Below are positions 9,787 through 18,735 of a DNA stretch of 64,000 bases, piece by piece. The notes beneath the pieces were generated by a model, which made no database searches, was not told the DNA's origin, and saw only the letters and a list, made by a program, of their open reading frames with translations. The position numbers and the translations under genes were made by a program. The stretch's first letter is position 1. Every line of letters begins with the position of its first letter. The stretch covers positions 968,944-1,032,943 of the forward strand of contig CAVUFD010000002.1 of NCBI GenBank assembly GCA_963740825.1. The letters are read 5' to 3'. The stretch comes from an uncultured Chloroflexia bacterium. GTDB taxonomy: Bacteria; Chloroflexota; Limnocylindria; Limnocylindrales; CSP1-4.

Positions 9787-11015
9787 CCGAGCTGACGTCC
9801 CAGGCCACCACCGTCCGCGAGCTCCCCATGGAGCCGCGCGGCGAGGTGGAGATCCTGCTGACCTCCAGCCGTGTCCGCCTGCGCGGCGTCGACCGCGACG
9901 TGTTCACCGTCCGCAGCCTCGGCGGCGAGGACCTCGAGGACGACTTCGAGATCGAGGGCACTCCGGGCAAGGTCCGGCTGCGCGACAGCGTGACCGGCTT
10001 CAAGCTCGGATCGATCCGGATCCGGACGAACCACCCGCCCGATCTCGAGGTCGAGGTCCCGCGGACGGCCGTCGTGTCGTTGCGCACCCTGAGCGGCGAC
10101 GTCGAGGCGACGGGGACGGCCGGCGAGAGCCGGTGGGCGACAGCGTCCGGTGACGTGCGCGTCCAGGTGGACGGTGGTCCGGTCACGGTCGAGTCGATGT
10201 CGGGCGACGTCGCCGTCGTCGCCACGGCGCCGATCGAGCTGCGCGCCCGGTCTGTGTCGGGCGACCTCGTGGTCAGCGGGCCCAGGTTCGACGCGCTGGC
10301 CGCCTCCTCGACCAGCGGCGACATCCGGGTCGACGCGGCCTTCGGCGACGCGCAGGACCACGTGATCAGCTCGGTCAGCGGCGACGTGGAGCTGACGACG
10401 TCCAGCCCGGTCCGCGTCGACACGCAGTCAGTCACCGGCGACGTCCGTGCCAGCGGGACCCGGTTCGCCGAGGGCGGCCGCGGCCGCCGCACGCTGGTCG
10501 TCGGCGAGGGCACGGTCGCCGTGTCGGTCCGCACGACCTCGGGTGACATCCAACTGCGCGGCGTCGCGGCGACGGACGCGTCGGTGCCCACGCCGCCGGT
10601 CCCGCCGCGGGCGCCCGCCGTCCCGCGCCCACCCGAGACGCCGGTCGCCCCGACCCCGCCGGCCCCGGCGAGCCCGCCGGTTGCGCCGGTCGTCGTGGTC
10701 GCCGAGGCCGAGGCGGCCCCCAACCTGGTGCGCCCGGCCGCACGCAACGCCGAGGACGCCGCGCGCGACGACGCCGGGCCGGACGACACAGCGGCGCCGG
10801 ACGGCGACGAGGCCGCCGGCGACGAGCCCGAGGTGGAGCCCGTCGCCGCGCGCGAGGCGCCGCTGAGCGCCGCGAGCGCGACCGATCGCCGCGAGGCCGC
10901 CAGGCTCGAGATCCTGCGGGCGCTCGAGCGCGGCGACCTCGACATCGAGTCCGCCTCGCACAGGCTCGAGATTCTCGAGGACGCGGGCCCCCGCTTCTTC
11001 CGGGGCTGGTGCTGA
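9783..11015 (+). CDS. DUF4097 (beta-strand repeat) protein with C-terminal SHOCT-like motif
   Basis: Repeated S-x-SGD-V motifs; RLEILRALERGDLDIESA; ATGA overlap. Confidence 0.85.
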   Translation: MTELTSQATTVRELPMEPRGEVEILLTSSRVRLRGVDRDVFTVRSLGGEDLEDDFEIEGTPGKVRLRDSVTGFKLGSIRIRTNHPPDLEVEVPRTAVVSLRTLSGDVEATGTAGESRWATASGDVRVQVDGGPVTVESMSGDVAVVATAPIELRARSVSGDLVVSGPRFDALAASSTSGDIRVDAAFGDAQDHVISSVSGDVELTTSSPVRVDTQSVTGDVRASGTRFAEGGRGRRTLVVGEGTVAVSVRTTSGDIQLRGVAATDASVPTPPVPPRAPAVPRPPETPVAPTPPAPASPPVAPVVVVAEAEAAPNLVRPAARNAEDAARDDAGPDDTAAPDGDEAAGDEPEVEPVAAREAPLSAASATDRREAARLEILRALERGDLDIESASHRLEILEDAGPRFFRGWC

Positions 11016-11016
11016 G

Positions 11017-11472
11017 ATGGGCGTCGACCCGTTCGACGAGGTCCTCCGCCTCGTGTCCGAAGGCCGGCTGACGGCCGAGGAGGCCGCGCCGATCCTCGCC
11101 GCCCTCGACGAGCGCGCCCCGTTCGCCGCGACCGACGGACCGGCCGGGACGCCACCGCCCTCGACGGGTCCCGGGTCGGAGCCGCCGGGCGGCTTCGGGC
11201 CGAACGTGCCGCCGGGATCCGAGCCCGGTGACGCGTCGCGAGCCAAGCGCGGCGGCGGCCCGAGCATCCTGCGCATCGAGGTCACCGACGCCGGCCGGCA
11301 GGTGGTCAACCTGCGCCTGCCGATCGCCGTGGGCAAGTTCGCCCTGGATCGCATCCCGGGCCTCCCCGCCGAACAGGTCACCCGCGTCCGCGAGGCACTG
11401 CTGTCCGGGTACCGCGGGTCCGTGCTCGAGGTCGACGACGAGGGCGACGGCGTGAGGATCGTGCTCGAATGA
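11017..11472 (+). CDS. SHOCT-like (YvlB N-terminal-like) domain protein
   Basis: DEVLRLVSEGRLTAEEAAPIL; LRIEVTD...VNLRLP. Confidence 0.75.
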   Translation: MGVDPFDEVLRLVSEGRLTAEEAAPILAALDERAPFAATDGPAGTPPPSTGPGSEPPGGFGPNVPPGSEPGDASRAKRGGGPSILRIEVTDAGRQVVNLRLPIAVGKFALDRIPGLPAEQVTRVREALLSGYRGSVLEVDDEGDGVRIVLE

Positions 11473-12842
11473 CCGCGCTCACCCTGGGCCGGGTCCGCAC
11501 CCTCCCGGTCCTCCGCTCGCTCGAGGCCCGGGACTTCCGGCTCCTGTGGGCCAGCGAGGCGATCTCCGTCGTCGGCGACCAGTTCCACTTCGTCGCCCTC
11601 TCGTGGCTCGTGATCTCGCTGACCGGCTCGGGCCTCGCCCTGGGCGCCGTGCTCATCGCGATCGCCGTGCCACGAGCGGTCCTGCTGCTGCCGTTCGGCG
11701 TCCTCGCCGACCGCCGACCGTCGAGGACCCTGATGCTCGCCGCGCACCTGATCCGCGGCGCAGTCGTGGGTGCCATCGCGGCGCTGGTCCTGACCGGGAC
11801 CGCGTCGATCCCGATGCTTGCGCTGCTGGGCGCGATCTTCGGCGCCGCCGACGCCCTCTACATGCCCGCCCAGCAGGCATTCCTGCCGCGGACGCTCGAG
11901 GCCGAGCGGCTGCCGTCCGCGAACGCGATGCTCCAGGGGACGTACCAGCTCGCCTCGATCGTCGGGCCGCCGATCGCGGGCGCGGTGATCGCCGTGTCCA
12001 CGACCGGGGTGGCGTTCGCCGTCGACGCGACGTCGTTCGTCCTGGCCGCGATCGTGATCGCGATGATCGGCCGGCCCGGGGCGGGCGTCCGGGCCGCGCT
12101 CGCCGGGCCCGCTCCCGCCGACGTCGCGGCCGCCGAGGCCGAGACTCCCCGAGCCGACGGTTCCGCAGTCGACGTTCCCGCCGACGCGGCGCACGAGCCG
12201 TTCCTCACCGCGATCGCCGGCGGGATCCGGTACGTGCTCGCGGATCGCGCCCTGCTGGTGACCATGGTCATCTCGCTGGTGTTGAACTTCGCGCTCAACG
12301 GACCGGTGCTGGTCGGCATGCCGTGGCTGGCCGACCAGCGGTTCGCCGCGGGCCCGGCGGGCCTCGGCCTGCTGGCGGCCTCGTGGGCCGCGGGCGCGCT
12401 GATCGGGGTGGTCGTGGCGGGCAGCATCCGGCTCGAGCGGCAGGGGCGCATCCTGCTCGGCGCGGTCGTCGTCTGCGGGGTCAGCGAGATCCTCGTCGGC
12501 GTGCTGCCCTCGATCGCCGGCGTGTGGCTGGTGCTCGCGCTGATGGGGGTGGCGATCGGCTACGCGAACATCGTCGCGATCTCGTGGATCCAGGGCCGCG
12601 TCGACCGCGCGATGATCGGCCGCGTGATGAGCCTGGTGATGCTGATGGGCGTCGGGATCACGCCCCTGTCGCTCGCCGTGTCGGGCGCCCTGATCGACCT
12701 CGACGCCACCGGGCTGTTCGTCGGCGCCGGGCTCCTGATCCTGCTCACCGCCGTCGTGTCGGCAGCGGTCGGGTTCGTGCGGCTGTTCGACGCGGCATCG
12801 ACGACGGCAGCGACGGTGTCCAGCCCCGCTCCCGGCCACTGA
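11469..12842 (+). CDS. MFS transporter
   Basis: DFRLLWASEAISVVGD, GVLADRRP, about 12 TM; ATGA overlap. Confidence 0.9.
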   Translation: MTALTLGRVRTLPVLRSLEARDFRLLWASEAISVVGDQFHFVALSWLVISLTGSGLALGAVLIAIAVPRAVLLLPFGVLADRRPSRTLMLAAHLIRGAVVGAIAALVLTGTASIPMLALLGAIFGAADALYMPAQQAFLPRTLEAERLPSANAMLQGTYQLASIVGPPIAGAVIAVSTTGVAFAVDATSFVLAAIVIAMIGRPGAGVRAALAGPAPADVAAAEAETPRADGSAVDVPADAAHEPFLTAIAGGIRYVLADRALLVTMVISLVLNFALNGPVLVGMPWLADQRFAAGPAGLGLLAASWAAGALIGVVVAGSIRLERQGRILLGAVVVCGVSEILVGVLPSIAGVWLVLALMGVAIGYANIVAISWIQGRVDRAMIGRVMSLVMLMGVGITPLSLAVSGALIDLDATGLFVGAGLLILLTAVVSAAVGFVRLFDAASTTAATVSSPAPGH

Positions 12843-12957
12843 GCGCAGCGACCGGCGCAGACTCGACGCCCATCTCCTCCATGCGGTCTGCGTTGATGCC
12901 GGCGCCGCCGCGCCTCGCCGTGACGGCCGGCTCGTGATGCTCCCACCTAGGGCGGGT

Positions 12958-13770
12958 CTACGCCCATGCTTCCGTGCGGATGGCCTCGATCGGGATGCCC
13001 GCGCCGCCCAGGACGTGTGTCGCGGCGTCGACCAGCGACGGATTGCCGCAGATGAAGGCGAGCGTCGCGCCGGGATCGACGTCGTACGTGGCGATGATGT
13101 CGGGCAGCAGCCCGTCGAGACGCCCGGTCGCGCCGCGCCAGCCCACATTGGCGGCATCGAATGGCCGCGAGACCGCCGGAACGTACGAGATGCGTCCAGC
13201 CGACTCCAACGCAGCGAGGCGCGCTTGCCCGGCGAGATCCGTTGCAAACGAGGCTCCGTGCACGATGACCGGGCGGGTCGCGGGCCGGCCAGCCGGCACG
13301 CCCTGGAGGTGTGTCTCGAGGATTGACAACAGAGGCGCGATCCCCGTGCCGGTACCCACGAGGAGCCGCCGTCTCGGGTCGGTCACATCGGCCGCAAACA
13401 GGCCCTTCGGTGGCCCGAGCCGAAGCCGGGCTCCGCGGTGCAGCTCCCAAAGCCGCGGCGTCAGCGCCCCGTCCGCAACGAGCCGAACGAGGAACTCGAG
13501 AGCATCGCCTTCATCCTGTGGGGACGAGGTTGAGTACGGGCGCTGGACGAAGCCGGTGCCTCCCTGGAGGCCGAGGGCGAAGTACTGGCCTGCCCTGAAT
13601 GAGGGGATGCCGCCGTCGGGTCGCACGAGGAGGCGGACGATCGTCGCGCCGACCGGCTCCCGATTGACGAGGGTCGCGTTCGGCTCCGTTGTTCCGGCCG
13701 ATCGCAGCCGCGGGGCGAGCGACGGGCGGCCGACGGTCTCGGACCGCTGATCGTGCATCCCGGCGCGCAT
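12958..13770 (-). CDS. Ferredoxin-NADP(+) reductase-like FAD/NAD(P) oxidoreductase
   Basis: FRAGQY, RPYSTSS, GTGTGIAP, FICGNP. Confidence 0.9.
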   Translation of the reverse strand: MRAGMHDQRSETVGRPSLAPRLRSAGTTEPNATLVNREPVGATIVRLLVRPDGGIPSFRAGQYFALGLQGGTGFVQRPYSTSSPQDEGDALEFLVRLVADGALTPRLWELHRGARLRLGPPKGLFAADVTDPRRRLLVGTGTGIAPLLSILETHLQGVPAGRPATRPVIVHGASFATDLAGQARLAALESAGRISYVPAVSRPFDAANVGWRGATGRLDGLLPDIIATYDVDPGATLAFICGNPSLVDAATHVLGGAGIPIEAIRTEAWA

Positions 13771-13771
13771 G

Positions 13772-14062
13772 TCAGGCGAGGGGTGCAAGCTCGTCGACGA
13801 CGGCCCGCGCTGCGTCGGCATCGGTGAACCAGGCGGCGTCGACCCAGGCGAAGTCGCGCCACTCGGGTCGCAGGTCGCGCTCGGGGACGATCGCGTCATT
13901 GGGGCAGACCGGGCGGCATGCCCCGCACTCGATGCAGCTCTCGGGGTCCACGTACATCTTGCGGTCGACCGCCAGGTCGCCCCAGATGCAGTCCACGGGA
14001 CACACGGAGACGCACGACTGGTCGGAGTGGTCGACGCACGGGGCGGCGATGACGTAGGCCAT
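13772..14062 (-). CDS. FdxA-type (7Fe-like) ferredoxin
   Basis: MAYVIAAPCVD...SCVSVCPVDCI...CIECGACRPVCP; GAGGAG SD. Confidence 0.92.
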   Translation of the reverse strand: MAYVIAAPCVDHSDQSCVSVCPVDCIWGDLAVDRKMYVDPESCIECGACRPVCPNDAIVPERDLRPEWRDFAWVDAAWFTDADAARAVVDELAPLA

Positions 14063-14144
14063 GAGAACGGCTCCTCGAGGCGGCTGCGATCCGTGGATGC
14101 GGCGCAGCCCTCTGTCTCGTAGCGGAGCGCATGCCCCGCGAGCC

Positions 14145-15545
14145 TCAGGATTCCTCGCCGACCCCGGCCTCTCGTGTGACCACGCTGTGGCTTCTCTCAT
14201 CCGCGTCTCGGCCGGCGGAGCCGGCAGGGGCCATCGCGCGCAGGACGACCGTGAAGCGCGCGCCGCCTCCGGCGGGCGAGCTCGCCTCGATGCTGCCGCC
14301 GTGTGCCTCCACGATGCGTCGCGCGATCGCCAGCCCCAGCCCCGTGCCACCCGAGCCGTGGCGCGTGGTGCCCGGCAGCCGGGTGAACGGCTGAAAGATC
14401 CGCTCGAGCTCCGCGGTCGGAATGCCCGGTCCGCCGTCCTCGACGTCGATCGTCACGCTGCGCCCCATGGTCAGGACGCGGACCGTGACCGGCGCGCCAG
14501 CGGGCGAGTGGTCCACCGCGTTGTCGATGAGGACGAGCAGGACCTGGACGATGCGGTCCGGGTCGGCCATCGACCAGGCCGCGCCTTCGCCCGCGTCGAC
14601 GTTGAGTGGCACGCCTCGTTCGGCGGCCATGGCCGCCGCTCCGCGGACGGTTTCGCGGGCAATCGAGGCGACGTCGACGGGCACCGGCGTGATCGTCGTC
14701 CGCATCTCGTCCCACGCCGATAGTTGCAGCAGGTCTCCGACAAGGCCGCCGAGCCGGTCGGACTCGCCGATGATGTCGGTGAGGAGCGGACCGCCGTCGG
14801 ATTCGACCAGGTCCTCACGCTGCAGCACCTCGGCATTGGCACGGATCAACGCGGCGGGTGTCCGAAGCTCGTGGGACGCGTCCGCAACGAACCGTCGCTG
14901 TGCGGCGAATCCCTCCCGGATGGGGCCGAGCGCCCGGTCGGTGACGAGCAGCGTGATCAGCGCGGCGGCGATCAGTCCCATCGCCCCGACGGTCACGACG
15001 GCGAGCACGAGGCTGCGCGACTGGCTGTCGTGCAGGTCGAGGACGAATCCGCCCTGGACGAACCCGACGATGGCGCCGTTGCGGATCACAGGAACGGTGA
15101 GCAGGCGGAAGCTGTGGCCACCTGCCTCGATCGTCCGCAGGTCTTCGCCGGCGGTCTTCGCTCCGGCGAGGACCTTCGCATCCGGCAGGCCCGCGATCGT
15201 CCGACCCGAGGGGTTCTGGACAACCTTGCCGGTTGGGTCGAGCACGAGCAGGAAGGTGTCCGCCGCAGCCGGGGGACGCTCGTCGGCCTCCGGGGTCTCG
15301 GTGCGATCCTCACCGTTCGTCGCTGTCCCGCCGTCGGTGGCCGACGTCTCCGCCGTCACGCCCGCCGCCTGGGCCGCGACCGCCGCCCGGAGCGCGTGGT
15401 CCACATCGGCATCGAGGGCGGCGAGGCCCATGATCGCCGTCGCGGAGCCCACCCCCACGACGAGCAGCGCCAGCAGGCCGAGCGTGACCGCGAACAGGCG
15501 CCGCCTGGTCCGGCGGACGAGCCGCTCGGAATGGCCGATCGCCAC
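14145..15545 (-). CDS. Membrane sensor histidine kinase (HisKA/HATPase)
   Basis: Two TM, FVADASHELRTP, NAVDH, DGGPGI, GTGLGLAI. Confidence 0.95.
   Translation of the reverse strand: MAIGHSERLVRRTRRRLFAVTLGLLALLVVGVGSATAIMGLAALDADVDHALRAAVAAQAAGVTAETSATDGGTATNGEDRTETPEADERPPAAADTFLLVLDPTGKVVQNPSGRTIAGLPDAKVLAGAKTAGEDLRTIEAGGHSFRLLTVPVIRNGAIVGFVQGGFVLDLHDSQSRSLVLAVVTVGAMGLIAAALITLLVTDRALGPIREGFAAQRRFVADASHELRTPAALIRANAEVLQREDLVESDGGPLLTDIIGESDRLGGLVGDLLQLSAWDEMRTTITPVPVDVASIARETVRGAAAMAAERGVPLNVDAGEGAAWSMADPDRIVQVLLVLIDNAVDHSPAGAPVTVRVLTMGRSVTIDVEDGGPGIPTAELERIFQPFTRLPGTTRHGSGGTGLGLAIARRIVEAHGGSIEASSPAGGGARFTVVLRAMAPAGSAGRDADERSHSVVTREAGVGEES
14185..14203 (-). promoter_or_regulatory. Candidate response-regulator site, copy 1 (upstream of ferredoxin)
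   Basis: CTGTGG-cttct-CTCATCCG; 15/19 identical to 16277-16295. Confidence 0.5.
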
Positions 15546-15549
15546 CGCG

Positions 15550-16224
15550 TCAGCCCTCGGCCTTGAGCGTGTACCCGACCCCGCGCACGGTCCGCAGACG
15601 GGTCGCCCGGTCGAGCTCGCCGAGCTTGCGCCGAAGGTAGGACACGTAGAGGTCGACCACGTTCGAATAGACGTCGGGCTCGGCGCCCCAGACCTGGTCG
15701 AGGATCTGCTGGCGGGTCACCACCTGGCCGGCATGCCGGATGAAGAAGCCGAGCAGGGCGAACTCGCGAGCCGACAGATCCACGGTCCGATCGCCGACGA
15801 CCGCGACGTGGCGGAGGCCGTCGAGGGCGAGGTCGCCCGCGGCGAGGCGTCCGTTGACCGCGGGAGCGGGCCGCCGGCCCAGGGCGCGCACGCGGGCCAG
15901 CAGCTCGGCGAACGCGAACGGCTTGGCGAGGTAGTCGTCGGCGCCGGCGTCGAGGCCGGCGACCCGGTCATCGACGGTGCCCAGCGCCGTGAGCATCAGC
16001 ACCGGCGCCGAAACCCCCTTGGCTCGGAGGAGCCGCAGCACGGTGACCCCGTCGATGTCCGGCAACAGTCGGTCAAGGACGATGACCTCGGGCTCGCTCT
16101 GCGTCGCCAGCGCGATGGCGCCGACCCCGTCCGGCGCGACGTCGACGATGTGGCGCTCGGCGACCAGGACGCGCTTGATCAGCGCGGCCATCTTCGGTTC
16201 GTCTTCCACCACGAGCACATGCAT
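15550..16224 (-). CDS. OmpR/PhoB-family response regulator
   Basis: VLVVEDE, VLDRLLP, GADDYLAKPF, LRTVRGVGY. Confidence 0.95.
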   Translation of the reverse strand: MHVLVVEDEPKMAALIKRVLVAERHIVDVAPDGVGAIALATQSEPEVIVLDRLLPDIDGVTVLRLLRAKGVSAPVLMLTALGTVDDRVAGLDAGADDYLAKPFAFAELLARVRALGRRPAPAVNGRLAAGDLALDGLRHVAVVGDRTVDLSAREFALLGFFIRHAGQVVTRQQILDQVWGAEPDVYSNVVDLYVSYLRRKLGELDRATRLRTVRGVGYTLKAEG

Positions 16225-16276
16225 CGGCTGCAGTCTGCGGGCCCGCGGGGGCAGGGTCGAGGGCCATTGGCCCTGT

Positions 16277-16295
16277 CTGTGGAACTTCTCATCCG
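16277..16295 (-). promoter_or_regulatory. Candidate response-regulator site, copy 2 (divergent promoter region)
   Basis: CTGTGG-aactt-CTCATCCG. Confidence 0.5.
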
Positions 16296-16367
16296 GGCCA
16301 TACCGGTCGTTTCGGGCGACGGCGCGACGATCGGAGCCGTTACCTCCCTGTACGGAGTCCGTCACCG

Positions 16368-16649
16368 ATGGTTCAGCGCGTCGCCCTGTTCATCGCCAGC
16401 CTTACCGCAGCCCTGGCCCTGGCGGCCGGCCTTGCCCTTAGCGGTCTCGCACCCGCCGCCGAACCGGCCCCGGTCATTGCCGAGGTGGCGCCGGCCGCCA
16501 CGGACGCTGCGCCCGAGCCGACCGTCCAGGTCGACACCGTCTACGTCACCCCGAAGGTCAAGCCCAAGCACGTCACGGTGAACCGGACCGTCAGGTCGGG
16601 CTCGACGGGCGAGGGAGAGCACGAGGGCGGGGGCGGGGACGACCGATGA
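16368..16649 (+). CDS. Small secreted or anchored protein with acidic/His tail
   Basis: N-terminal hydrophobic segment; ends RSGSTGEGEHEGGGGDDR; ATGA-coupled to next gene. Confidence 0.75.
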   Translation: MVQRVALFIASLTAALALAAGLALSGLAPAAEPAPVIAEVAPAATDAAPEPTVQVDTVYVTPKVKPKHVTVNRTVRSGSTGEGEHEGGGGDDR

Positions 16650-17092
16650 GGGAGCCCCGATCGGTGCGCGAAGATCCAGCCCGACCCCGAGACAGGTCGC
16701 GTCCGTCACCCGCGCGCCCCGTTCCGGCCCGCCCGGCCGGGGCACCGCGATCTGCCGCTCTGCCGAGGCCCGAGCCCGTTCGCAATCGGCCGGACCCAGG
16801 ATCCATGAGAATGCTGATCGTGTTCGGCGGGATCGCCTCCGCGTCGGCGCTCGCGGCGGCCATGATTCCATCGGTCGCGCCTCCGACCGACGCCGCTCGC
16901 GGTGGGTCGGCGCTGACCGCCGATCAGGCGATCGGCACGGTGGCGCCCGCACCATCGGTACGCCACGTCACCCGCTACGTCGTGCTGAAGCCCGGTCAGA
17001 CGGCACCACCCAACGCGCCCGTCCTCGTCCGCCCCACGCCGACGCCACGGGTCACCGTCGTCACCCGGACCCGACAGTCCGGGAAGCCGTGA
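16646..17092 (+). CDS. Small single-TM Pro/Thr-rich protein
   Basis: TM MLIVFGGIASASALAAAMI; ends VTVVTRTRQSGKP; coupled on both sides. Confidence 0.7.
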   Translation: MREPRSVREDPARPRDRSRPSPARPVPARPAGAPRSAALPRPEPVRNRPDPGSMRMLIVFGGIASASALAAAMIPSVAPPTDAARGGSALTADQAIGTVAPAPSVRHVTRYVVLKPGQTAPPNAPVLVRPTPTPRVTVVTRTRQSGKP

Positions 17093-18015
17093 TGGTCGCG
17101 AGCGACGTCGGCGGTGCCGCGTCTGCGGAACGCCCGATGATGGGTGGCCAGGTCTCGGTGCACCTGCGCGGCGTTCCCATGGGAGTCGCCGGGGCCGACC
17201 CGGCGGAGCGGGTCCTCGACCGGATCGCGGCGTGGGCGCATCGCCTCACGCGCTTCGAGCCCACCTCGGACCTGATGCGCCTCAACGGGGCAGGCGGTGC
17301 ATCCGTCCGCGTCGGCCCAACGCTGACCGCGGTGCTCGACTGGGCACGCGAGCTCGAGGGACGGACCGACGGGTACATCGATGTCGCGATGCTCGATGCC
17401 CGCGTCGCGGCTGAGGCTGGTGAGCCGATCGAACCTCCGGCAGCTGCTGCCAGACGCTGGTCGCTTCGCCGGTTGCCCCGTGGAGCGATCGTGGAGCGCC
17501 CGCCCGGCCTCCAATTCGACCTCGACGGCGTCGCGAAGGGGTGGCTTGCCGACCGCGCCCTGGCCATCGCGCCGGGGCAATCGGCGATGGTCGATGCCGA
17601 CGGCGACATCGCAGCTCGGATCGCCAGCGGTGACTCGTGGGCCGTCGGCGTGGCGGATCCGCGCGATCATCCGGACGGGCTGCTCGCGGTCGTGCGGCTG
17701 GCCGCGCCCGGCTCGTGCGGCACGATTGGGCTCGCCACGTCCGGGATCAGCGTCCACCGCTGGGATCGGGCGACCGGCCCCGCCCACCACCTTATCGATC
17801 CCGCGACCTGGCGGTCGGTCCAGACGGACGTCGTCCAGGCGACCGTCCTCGCGGAGAATGCGCGCCTGGCGGAGGGGTTCGCCAAAGTCGCGGTGATCTC
17901 CGGCGCCGCCGATGCCTTCGAGCTGGCGAGCCGCCCCGGCGTCCACGGGCTCCTTGTGCTCACGGCGACGGGCGAGGTCCGCGCGAGCGAAGGGATGGGC
18001 CGATGGCTGGCATGA
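17089..18015 (+). CDS. apbE: FAD:protein FMN transferase, no signal peptide visible
   Basis: TRFEPTSDL, DLDGVAKG, ATSG, HHLIDP. Confidence 0.92.
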   Translation: MMVASDVGGAASAERPMMGGQVSVHLRGVPMGVAGADPAERVLDRIAAWAHRLTRFEPTSDLMRLNGAGGASVRVGPTLTAVLDWARELEGRTDGYIDVAMLDARVAAEAGEPIEPPAAAARRWSLRRLPRGAIVERPPGLQFDLDGVAKGWLADRALAIAPGQSAMVDADGDIAARIASGDSWAVGVADPRDHPDGLLAVVRLAAPGSCGTIGLATSGISVHRWDRATGPAHHLIDPATWRSVQTDVVQATVLAENARLAEGFAKVAVISGAADAFELASRPGVHGLLVLTATGEVRASEGMGRWLA

Positions 18016-18692
18016 CGTATCGGGGCTTCGACTCGCGCACCTCGCTCACGCGCTGGGGCCTCGCGGCGGTGGCCATCGGGATCGTCGGTGGGGCGACGCT
18101 CCCGGGTGCGCTCGGTGGTGTCGCCGCCGTGGTGGACGGCAACCGGGCGAGTCTGCCGTGGCTGTTCGAGCGGTTGTTCGCGTTGCTCGCCTACCTGGCC
18201 TTCACCGGATCTGTGGTCTACGGCCTGCTGCTATCGACGAAGGTGCTCGACCACCTCGCCCATCGACCCGTCTCATTCCTGCTCCACAAGGACCTCGCCG
18301 CGATCGGCGTGGGCCTCGCCGGAATCCACGGAATGCTCCTCGGACTCGACCACACCGTGCCCTTCTCGTTGGCGCAGATCCTGGTGCCTGGCATCGCTCC
18401 CCACGCGACGCTCGCCGTGGCGTTCGGCCAGGTCGCCCTCTACCTCGCGCTCATCGTGACTGGCAGCTTCTACGTCCGTCGCCGAATCGGCCATCGGGCC
18501 TGGCGGGCGCTCCACTATCTGACATTCCTCGCCTTCATCGGCGCGACCGTCCACGGCCTTGCGGCGGGGACTGACAGCGCAGCGGGGTGGGCGCAGGGCA
18601 TGTACCTCGCTGCAGCGACGGTGGTCGCATTCCTGCTCGTCTATCGGATCGTTGTATCGATCGGTCAGCGGCTCGTGTCAGCCCCAGCGTGA
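18012..18692 (+). CDS. Ferric-reductase-like (MsrQ-like) di-heme b membrane protein
   Basis: Four TM His (LHKDL, IHGM, LHYL, VHGL); WRALHY; AGTD. Confidence 0.85.
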   Translation: MTYRGFDSRTSLTRWGLAAVAIGIVGGATLPGALGGVAAVVDGNRASLPWLFERLFALLAYLAFTGSVVYGLLLSTKVLDHLAHRPVSFLLHKDLAAIGVGLAGIHGMLLGLDHTVPFSLAQILVPGIAPHATLAVAFGQVALYLALIVTGSFYVRRRIGHRAWRALHYLTFLAFIGATVHGLAAGTDSAAGWAQGMYLAAATVVAFLLVYRIVVSIGQRLVSAPA

Positions 18693-18735
18693 CGCGGGCC
18701 TGTCGGCAGGACGAGCAGCCGACCGTGCGCTGCTA

